Origin: Octopus vulgaris
Taxonomy: Eukaryota
DNA: 64,000 nucleotides
Direction of reading: 5' to 3'
NCBI GenBank assembly: GCA_951406725.2
Contig: OX597823.1
Coordinates: forward strand, 65,658,001-65,722,000
Each line of letters begins with the position of its first letter. Positions within the stretch are counted from its first letter, which is position 1. The position numbers and the translations under genes are program-made. Shown piece after piece: positions 56,223 through 64,000 of the stretch. The notes under the pieces were generated by a model, which made no database searches, was not told the origin of the DNA, and saw only the letters and a program-made list of their open reading frames with translations.

Positions 56223-56492
56223 TCACTTACTTGTCCTTTGTTTTTCATAGTCACTTGAATGTTCTTTGCCAATACGAATAAATTCCATATCCATTCTTAC
56301 TCCGAAATACTCATCCATATTTTCCACGAATTCATCGCTCATTCTTATATCTTTCACCTCCCAATTCTCCCTTTCACACCTCCCCATAAACTCACCTATG
56401 TTCTTCTTTTCAATCACAGCATACCTAGTCTCTCCAACATCATACCATTTATACTCTTCCATTAGACTTTTAACTTCTTTCTGTTCAGTCAT
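56223..56492 (-). CDS. Conserved ~89-aa C-terminal domain or small second ORF of unit B
   Basis: MTEQKEVKSLMEEYKWYDVGETRYAVIEKK is conserved with unit A 54541-54810 through conservative substitutions. Confidence 0.65.
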   Translation of the reverse strand: MTEQKEVKSLMEEYKWYDVGETRYAVIEKKNIGEFMGRCERENWEVKDIRMSDEFVENMDEYFGVRMDMEFIRIGKEHSSDYEKQRTSK

Positions 56493-56520
56493 AGTACAAA
56501 TGTACGACCTGGGTTCGATT

Positions 56521-57585
56521 TCAATCTCTTGTGTGTGTGTATTCTTTTTTTCTTTTGTTTTCTTGTTGGGGGGAGCGGGTGGGTTCAATGTCTGCATGGA
56601 TAGGGTGGGACTCAGAGGGTGTGGGAGGTTTTGGGGTAGATTGGAGTTCCATATTATTTTCTTTTTTTCCACATATTCTTCTCTTCCTCTTACTTCCAGC
56701 TTCCTTCCATTTCTGTGTATTCTCTTCCTCTGTTTCCTTCTCCTCTGGTTTCTGCTTCTCTCTCTCTGGTTCGGAATCCATTTCTTTCCCTGGGGGAGGG
56801 CAGAAGGCTCTTATGTGACCCCTCAGGCCACACTTGTAACAACGTGGAGCCCTGCCCTCCACCCACACTCTCATGATCACTTCTCCCAGTCTGATGCTTT
56901 CCGTCAGGTCCACCAGTACCTCGGTCTCTGCCTGTACGTTCAGCTCCACTGTTACGCCTCTCCAGCCCTCGGACTTAACCGAGGCATGGAGAATATCCAC
57001 TTCGTCCTCGTGGCCGCTGATCACAGCCGCCACAATCCATTCTGCCTCCACGTTTGGTGGCACTCCCTCCACCCTTATTCGTGTAATCCTCCTGTTTAAA
57101 TACGTAGGTAACAGTGTTACCTTTTCTGACTTCACCGCCTTCGCTGCCATCTTCCTCGCTGCAGATTCACTTTTAAAGTGCACAACTACGGTCCCGTACT
57201 TGGATCCTCGAGTCAGAAAATTTATTTCCTCCTCAGTTCTTCGCAGGGCTTCCTCTATCCATTCCATGGATACAACTTCTACCCTCTTCCTTTCGTTTGC
57301 GCACACCCTGTAAACAATGGTCCTCTTATCATACCATTCTTTTCTCCTGGGTGTCGGTGATAGTTCCACCTCACCGCTTTCCTTTTTCATGTATTTCTGG
57401 TAACTTGGCAACTTGGCCATGTCGACCCCTTTCTCTTCCGCCTTCTTGGTTACACCGGCATAGGTATAACCCAGCTTCTGATCCATTTTCCTCACTGCTA
57501 TTTCTAGCTCCTCCTCAGACGTAGACAAGTCTGTTAAAGACTCAAAAACTGCAGCCGTATCTCCCATCAGGTAGGGGTTGTCCAT
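56521..57585 (-). CDS. gag/ORF1-like CCHC protein (354 aa)
   Basis: ATG start, TYAGVTKK, RRM-like middle region, CYKCGLRGHIRAFC, acidic/basic tail. Confidence 0.8.
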   Translation of the reverse strand: MDNPYLMGDTAAVFESLTDLSTSEEELEIAVRKMDQKLGYTYAGVTKKAEEKGVDMAKLPSYQKYMKKESGEVELSPTPRRKEWYDKRTIVYRVCANERKRVEVVSMEWIEEALRRTEEEINFLTRGSKYGTVVVHFKSESAARKMAAKAVKSEKVTLLPTYLNRRITRIRVEGVPPNVEAEWIVAAVISGHEDEVDILHASVKSEGWRGVTVELNVQAETEVLVDLTESIRLGEVIMRVWVEGRAPRCYKCGLRGHIRAFCPPPGKEMDSEPEREKQKPEEKETEEENTQKWKEAGSKRKRRICGKKENNMELQSTPKPPTPSESHPIHADIEPTRSPQQENKRKKEYTHTRD

Positions 57586-58073
57586 TTCCTTCTGTCTGAC
57601 AGACCGAAAACGGCCGCCAAAACAGAAAAAGTGTAACGCGCTGAACGAGCGAAACGCGAAACCGCGTCAACGCCGTTCAGAATTTCCACAACAACAACAA
57701 CGCTTTTTGTTCTTTTTTACCGAATTTTCAGGAGCGCAAAAAAACGCGATTTTTTTATTACCCACAAGGGGCCACGAAGAGGGGGACATTACAAGACGGG
57801 ACATGGGGTACATAAAGTAAAAATAAAATATGAAGTAAAAGATGAATTTATATGTAATGAGATGGAACGGCTTACGAACCCCCAACTCGCAGTTCCGTTT
57901 AAAATACAATTATACATTTCATATATTCCAGTTCAAAATACAATTTTACAGTTACATATATTCCAGTTCACAGTACAATAATTTTACAATTTTACATGTT
58001 AACATTACATATATTCCTGTTCAAAAACACAACTTTACATCAAATAATTTTACAAGTAACAATTCTAATTCTT

Positions 58074-58439
58074 TTACATTAGACACTCGTCCGTCATATA
58101 ATCCAATAGGTCCGTTTGATCTATTACATCTGGTAATTTATCATACCGTACATAATGCATTATATGCATAGCATGATATATCTTTTTTAATTTTGTGTAT
58201 GTCTCCTTGTCTATAATGACGCCTTTTACATCTTCACCATACAGTTTTGGGTTCACCTTCACCCTGACCAACCCTTTCTTACCTACAAGTCTCTTTTCCA
58301 CTTCTGTATTCTTGATATACATCACAACTGCCTTCAAGTTTTTTCCTGTAGGCCTTCTTCCATATTTACACGATTCCAATTGTTCGTTCACTCTTGTCTC
58401 CCATTCTTGTTCAAACTCTGTCCTTGGTCGCTCTCTCAC
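58074..58439 (-). CDS. C-terminal domain or second ORF of unit C (121 aa)
   Basis: Open frame directly after the gag ORF. The frame stays open upstream through an A-rich tract. Confidence 0.55.
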   Translation of the reverse strand: MRERPRTEFEQEWETRVNEQLESCKYGRRPTGKNLKAVVMYIKNTEVEKRLVGKKGLVRVKVNPKLYGEDVKGVIIDKETYTKLKKIYHAMHIMHYVRYDKLPDVIDQTDLLDYMTDECLM

Positions 58440-58447
58440 CTTTTCTT

Positions 58448-59404
58448 TTACTTCCTGTTCTTTTTTTCTTCTCTCTCTTCTGCTATCTTGCTTTTGATTT
58501 TTTTCTTTTTTATATCTTTCGGTGGTGATTCCACCCTTGATCTCTTCTTGTCTTCTGTTTTTTCCTCTTCTGCACTTGCTCGTTCTTCCTCATTTAACTG
58601 CTCCTCCATTTGTGTTTCCTCCGCTTTCGCTTCCTCCACACACGCTTCTTTACACTCCTCTATCACAACCTCTGGTGCTTTTGTTTTTTCTCGCGGGCAC
58701 ACATCCTTCATGTGGCCCCTCGATTTACAGTTATAGCAAATTGGGGGTCTTCCCTCTACCACAACTCGGAGCCGTGTTTCGTCAGGGTAGACCAACTCCT
58801 CCGGGATGTTGTACAGGTCTCGCACGGTTATGTGTGCCAGAACCTGCACCGTATATCCCCACCACTTCACCTCTGCTGACTTCTCCACCTTCAGTACCTC
58901 CACATCATCCTTGCAGTTAAACAGCACTGCTGCCAGCAACCTTTCCATATTAAATTCGGGTGAGATTCTATTGATTCTCATCCTCACTGCTCTCCTTCCG
59001 CAGTAACTTGGTAGCAAAGTCCACTTATCCGATTTCAAAATTCTTGTAGCGTTCTTTTTTGCCTCCTCTTCTGTTTTAAAATACACCACTACCGTGGCAT
59101 ACTTCCTTCCTCTTTTAAAAAATGCTGGTTCACCCTCAATTTCCTTCAGACACCTTTCCACTTCTTCCATTTCCGCTACTTCAATCTTCTTCGACTCCAC
59201 GCACCACGTCCTGTACGTTATAGTACGCTTCTCTGCACTGCTTTCCTCCTCCTCGGACGGTGTGACTATCACACAGTCACCCTCCCTCTTTAAACTGTCG
59301 AAATACTTCTGTAAAGTCTTCTGTTCGACCATCACCTCCTCCATTTCCAGTTCACCGGCAACCAGGCCTCTGCCTGCCGCTCGCGCGTAAGTCTGCTCTT
59401 GCAT
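58448..59404 (-). CDS. gag/ORF1-like CCHC protein, divergent subfamily
   Basis: MQEQTYARAA..KRTITYR..RGRKYATVVVYF..LLPSYCGRR..VEGRPPICYNCKSRGHMKDVCP. Confidence 0.8.
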   Translation of the reverse strand: MQEQTYARAAGRGLVAGELEMEEVMVEQKTLQKYFDSLKREGDCVIVTPSEEEESSAEKRTITYRTWCVESKKIEVAEMEEVERCLKEIEGEPAFFKRGRKYATVVVYFKTEEEAKKNATRILKSDKWTLLPSYCGRRAVRMRINRISPEFNMERLLAAVLFNCKDDVEVLKVEKSAEVKWWGYTVQVLAHITVRDLYNIPEELVYPDETRLRVVVEGRPPICYNCKSRGHMKDVCPREKTKAPEVVIEECKEACVEEAKAEETQMEEQLNEEERASAEEEKTEDKKRSRVESPPKDIKKKKIKSKIAEEREEKKNRK

Positions 59405-59546
59405 TTTCAAGAAAAAATTATTCCACGTCCTCCAACGAACTCGAACTCACAACCTCTTTACTCGAAATAAACACACCAGAATAAACACACCAGAATAACT
59501 CCAACTAACTAACTCAAAAAAAAACACGGGAGCCGAAAAAACGCGT

Positions 59547-61277
59547 ATTTCTTTATTACCCACTAAGGGGCTACGAAGAATGGCGGACATAACAAAACAT
59601 GGGGACATAGAACATTATAAATAAACTTTATGAACATGAATTGTTAAACGAAAAAATGATAAAATGAAAGCGATACCAACGGCCCCGTCCGTCAGCATCA
59701 CTTACCTGTCCTTTGTTTTTCATAGTCACTTGAATGTTCTTTGTCAATACGAATAAATTCCATATCCATTCTTACTCCGAAATACTCATCCATATTTTCC
59801 ACGAATTCATCGCTCATTCTTATATCTTTCACCTCCCAATTCTCCCTTTCACACCTCCCATAAACTCACCTATGTTCTTCTTTTCAATCACAGCATACCT
59901 AGTCTCTCCAACATCATACCATTTATACTCTTCCATTAGACTTTTAACTTCTTTCTGTTCAGTCATAGTACAAATGTACGGCCTGGGTTCGATTTCAATC
60001 TCTTGTGTGTGTGTATTCTTTTTTTTCTTTTGTTTTCTTGTTGGGGGGAGCGGGTGGGTTCAATGTCTGCATGGATAGGGTGGGACTCAGAGGGTGTGGG
60101 AGGTTTTGGGGTAGATTGGAGTTCCATATTATTTTCTTTTTTTCCACATATTCTTCTCTTCCTCTTACTTCCAGCTTCCTTCCATTTCTGTGTATTCTCT
60201 TCCTCTGTTTCCTTCTCCTCTGGTTTCTGCTTCTCTCTCTCTGGTTCGGGATCCATTTCTTTCCCTGGGGGAGGGCAGAAGGCTCTTATGTGACCCCTCA
60301 GGCCACACTTGTAACAACGTGGAGCCCTGCCCTCCACCCACACTCTCATGATCACTTCTCCCAGTCTGATGCTTTCCGTCAGGTCCACCAGTACCTCGGT
60401 CTCTGCCTGTACGTTCAGCTCCACTGTTACGCCTCTCCAGCCCTCGGACTTAACCGAGGCATGGAGAATATCCACTTCGTCCTCGTGGCCGCTGATCACA
60501 GCCGCCACAATCCATTCTGCCTCCACGTTTGGTGGCACTCCCTCCACCCTTATTCGTGTAATCCTCCTGTTTAAATACGTAGGTAACAGTGTTACCTTTT
60601 CCGACTTCACCGCCTTCGCTGCCATCTTCCTCGCTGCAGATTCACTTTTAAAGTGCACAACTACGGTCCCGTACTTGGATCCTCGAGTCAGAAAATTTAT
60701 TTCCTCCTCAGTTCTTCGCAGGGCTTCCTCTATCCATTCCATGGATACAACTTCTACCCTCTTCCTTTCGTTTGCGCACACCCTGTAAACAATGGTCCTC
60801 TTATCATACCATTCTTTTCTCCTGGGTGTCGGTGATAGTTCCACCTCACCGCTTTCCTTTTTCATGTATTTCTGGTAACTTGGCAACTTGGCCATGTCGA
60901 CCCCTTTCTCTTCCGCCTTCTTGGTTACACCGGCATAGGTATAACTCAGCTTGTCTTCCAATTTCCTTGCTGCCATTTCTAGCTCCTTCTCAGACGTAGG
61001 CAAGTCTGATAAAGACTCGAAAACTCCAGCCTTTTCCTCCATCAGCTTCACTGCAATTGCCTGTTCCAGTTCCTCATCCGTCGTGGACAAGTCTGTTAGA
61101 GACTCATAGTCCATTTCCTTCTGTCTGACAGACCGAAAACGGCCGCCAAAACAGAAAAAGTGTAACGCGCCGAACGAGCGAAACGCGAAACCGCGTCAAC
61201 GCCGTTCAGAATTTCCACAACAACAACAACGCTTTTTGTTCTTTTTTACCGAATTTTCAGGAGCCGAAAAAACGCGA
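59547..61277 (-). mobile_element. Unit D: ORF1-only retroelement (B subfamily)
   Basis: Near-identical to unit B except for a duplicated N-terminal ESLTDLST..EELE motif. Confidence 0.8.
59963..61114 (-). CDS. gag/ORF1-like CCHC protein (383 aa)
   Basis: ORF track. The C-terminal domain (59698-59966) carries a 1-nt deletion relative to unit B. Confidence 0.8.
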   Translation of the reverse strand: MDYESLTDLSTTDEELEQAIAVKLMEEKAGVFESLSDLPTSEKELEMAARKLEDKLSYTYAGVTKKAEEKGVDMAKLPSYQKYMKKESGEVELSPTPRRKEWYDKRTIVYRVCANERKRVEVVSMEWIEEALRRTEEEINFLTRGSKYGTVVVHFKSESAARKMAAKAVKSEKVTLLPTYLNRRITRIRVEGVPPNVEAEWIVAAVISGHEDEVDILHASVKSEGWRGVTVELNVQAETEVLVDLTESIRLGEVIMRVWVEGRAPRCYKCGLRGHIRAFCPPPGKEMDPEPEREKQKPEEKETEEENTQKWKEAGSKRKRRICGKKENNMELQSTPKPPTPSESHPIHADIEPTRSPQQENKRKKRIHTHKRLKSNPGRTFVL

Positions 61278-61278
61278 C

Positions 61279-61335
61279 CTTTTTTCCTCTACATTGTATA
61301 CTTTATAGACAATAGTCTTTTCTTTGATTTCATTT
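61279..61335 (-). pseudogene. Upstream half of the old gag-like ORF split by the array
   Basis: NEIKEKTIVYKVYNVEEKR aligns with KRTIVYRVCANERKR (B/D) and EKRTITYRTWCVESKK (C). Confidence 0.7.
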
Positions 61336-61619
61336 TTTATTATCCATCTGGACTATTCCATTTCTGCACGCTAATTTTATTTTTAATTTATTCTCATTCA
61401 TGTGAAACCATTTATTCAAGTTCAAGTTAATAATGCAATTTTATACCAATTGCTATTTTTACTTTTGTTATGTTACAATTATATTATACTTTAGTTTGAT
61501 TTTAATTATTACTTACTACATATAATTCAATTGTTATTATTATTTTTATTGTTAAAGTGAAAGTATCTGACATAAAATAGAGAAATGTTTTTGTTTCACT
61601 TTTTACACGTAATACTGAA

Positions 61620-61915
61620 ATAGTGGAGAAGATATGATATTGCTATGGGCTCGCTCTAGGCAAGAAGTTGAACATTGCTTTTGCCCATGAAACTACATGG
61701 ACCCTAAGTAAGGCATGTGTAAAATTTGAATGAAATTGATTGTGTAGTTCTCAAGTTTTAGGGAATCGTAGTGGAGAAGATATGATATTGCTGTGGGCTC
61801 GCCCTAGGCAAAAAGTTAATCATTTTTTTGCCGATGATACTCCCCGGACCCTATGTAAGGCATGTGTAAAATTTGAATGAAATTGGTTGTGCAGTTCTCA
61901 AGTTTTAGGGAACCA
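61620..61915 (+). repeat. 147-bp tandem duplication (Helitron subterminal repeat)
   Basis: tagtggagaagatatgatattgct...ctcaagttttagggaa occurs twice. Confidence 0.85.
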
Positions 61916-61945
61916 AACAGACAGACAGACACACACGTTCTCAGT

Positions 61946-62010
<65 letters not shown>

Positions 62011-62364
62011 TATATAAAATCCGTTCTGACTGCCTCTGTGTGTGTGTCTTCTTGGATCTCGGGCATCCTCCATCCGATTGCGCTCAAATTTGATATATAG
62101 ATACCAACGGTATCAGAGCGTGTATAATTCTTGAAAAAATTACAAAAATCGATTCCAGGTGAGAATGCGATCGATAAAGCATTCCTTGGAGTAGGAAAAA
62201 GTCTATCTTTATTTCTTCTTTTGCTGCTGCCTCAAAATTAGATTAAATCAGTGTTTCTCAAAGGGGAGGACAATGGGACGGTCGGGCAAACTGTTTTGAG
62301 AAAATTTGGTTTAAATGTTTGATAACGCACCACCGTCCTTTGGACAGGGGGCGTTTTGCTCGTA

Positions 62365-62395
<31 letters not shown>

Positions 62396-62732
62396 ACACG
62401 CAGGCTTCTAATTATGCACACATATATGTAAAGAGAGCTAGGAGATATCTGCAAGCGGTACTTCAGTGTAGCTGAGGTCAGTGAATGAAAACAATAGAAC
62501 ATCGCATGTCCTTTAAATAGTTGAAGCCTGTAAATTGGTATAGAAAAATACTTCTGTCAAATTCCAAACGTCAATTGCACAGCGTTTTTTTTTCTGAATT
62601 AAGCGAAGGTAGTTCGTTTTCAAAACCTTGGTCTAATTACAGTTGTATATTAAGAGATGAGGAAATATGCACATTATTTACATTATTTACGTTATTTATA
62701 TTTGACGGATATTTGTCCTCATCTTGTTTGTT

Positions 62733-62778
62733 AACACAATATTTCGGCTGATATACCTTCTAGCCTTCATTAGGTGTC
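62733..62778 (-). ncRNA. Degenerate type I hammerhead
   Basis: Minus strand gacac-CTAATGA-a-ggcta..cagcc-GAAA-ta-TT-gtgtt. Core G5 is mutated. Confidence 0.45.
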
Positions 62779-64000
62779 TTGGGGAACAATGCAAAAACAA
62801 CAAAAAATTCTTACACGGCCAAAATTTGGCAGAGCAGAAATTTAAAGCGCTGAATTATGAAAACCGGTATATAACTGGTATTTGATTCACACTAATGGCG
62901 TGTATTTTAAATTCCAACAGGACTTGAAACTTTAAAGAGGAATAAATATCCTAATGATCATGATGCCCCAACTTAATAAAATGATAAGAATAACGAGTTA
63001 ACTACTTTTGGATATACGCAATGTTTAAAAAGCGATAAAATCCGTACAAAACGATCAAATCATTGACAAGTTGAATATACATAAAGTTCAAGGGAAACAG
63101 AAACAGCTAAAATGTGCTTGCTTATATCTTAGAAGGTGTTATGTCGCAATACTATACAGTGGCTGCGTGAGCTACGAAATCCTCGTCGCCACTGTTATAT
63201 CGCCTGTTCGGATGCCTTCTACCTAACTCTCACCACTACTCTGCTACTCAACTCTCGTCTAGACTTCTCCCTCTATATCTACGTATTGGGCTAGCCTACT
63301 TCATCGTCTGGGGGCGTCCACAAGACAGAAGGATACTTGATTATAATATTTTATTATTATACTCTACCCTTCCTTGTCAACTTGTTTCAACCTTATGTGT
63401 CCCATATGCATTACTGCTATGTAGTATTCATTACTTAACAGTGAAGGGCGCATTGAACTTTAACAGTTCCTTATAATTCCTTATAATTTCGGTAGAATTG
63501 TTCTCACGGAAAATGGTTTCCAACATTGTAACAACCTTGCGCAATTAATTTCGTCCTTGGATTTTGTTATTCTGACGATCTATGAATTTCCTAGTTGAGG
63601 TTCACTTGCCAAATATGTAGTCATCAGGTGAAACAAAATATTGATTACACTCTGTGAACACCAAACGATTATAAAATATGCAGTACACCTAAGCATATAG
63701 AAAAATATTCATGTCTATTGATTGGTTTTAAAAATGCTATTCATCGATATATACTTTTATATTTTGATGTCTACATAAACAATGTTTATGATAAAGTTTG
63801 TTAAAACCTATATAGGAAACTAACTGGCTTATAAAGCAACTGTCGAACACAAGATTCCCGCGTACGTATATACACATAGATATACAAATATATATGCATG
63901 AATATATACATATAAATACTTATATGTGCATATAAAATATATAAATAGTATGATATAAATAGTTTATAATAAAGAAATGCGTGCGTCTATATGACATTGC

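Larger units (their letters stand above)
56071..57749 (-). mobile_element. Unit B: ORF1-only retroelement
   Basis: Same termini as unit A; nearly identical to unit D. Confidence 0.8.
57750..59546 (-). mobile_element. Unit C: divergent ORF1-only retroelement
   Basis: Same first ~17 nt (cgcgttttttcggctcc) and similar last ~55 nt (cttcgtggccccttgtgggtAATAAA), but different UTRs and a divergent protein. Confidence 0.8.
53918..61950 (-). mobile_element. Putative non-autonomous Helitron enclosing the gag-like array
   Basis: 3' terminus CTAG|T with GC hairpin at 53917-53957. The 61620-61945 end has 147-bp tandem repeats and (ACAG)n like the 5' end of the 46631-47647 element. The exact 5' TC is lost in (TA)n. 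Confidence 0.5.

Noticed and set aside
54557-60999. Plus-strand ORFs overlapping the gag units
   Set aside because: Antisense shadows of purine-rich minus-strand coding sequence.
54400-61277. LTR retrotransposon or retroviral gag
   Set aside because: No LTRs, PBS, protease or pol. Units end in AATAAA/A-rich tails like non-LTR elements.

Overview
AT-rich, microsatellite-dense, essentially gene-free animal DNA. The SINE/LINE families resemble those of octopus/cephalopod genomes (inference). No host gene is convincingly supported, and most short ORFs in the track are microsatellite artefacts. The window is a patchwork of mobile DNA: a decayed Tx1/L1-clade LINE, an R4/Dong-like RT+RLE element sitting in (TAA)n, RTE and CR1-type fragments, Tc1 and mariner relics, non-autonomous Helitrons, MITE-like hairpins, a possible solo LTR and many tRNA-derived SINEs. 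Two systems stand out. (1) At 54.4-61.3 kb there is a spacer-less head-to-tail array of four ~1.7-kb RT-less retroelements from three subfamilies. Each encodes only an L1/Tx1-ORF1(gag)-like CCHC protein. The array splits an older relative's ORF, whose halves rejoin in frame, and the whole lies between Helitron-like termini. (2) Non-coding ~0.5-kb units each carry a type I hammerhead ribozyme and are arranged as tandem plus inverted copies in (TA)n (506-bp x5.3 at 35.5-38.5 kb; 493-bp x1.7 at 0.8-1.7 kb). These are Penelope pLTR/retrozyme-like. Several solitary hammerheads also occur, one with an apparent G3-C8 swapped core.
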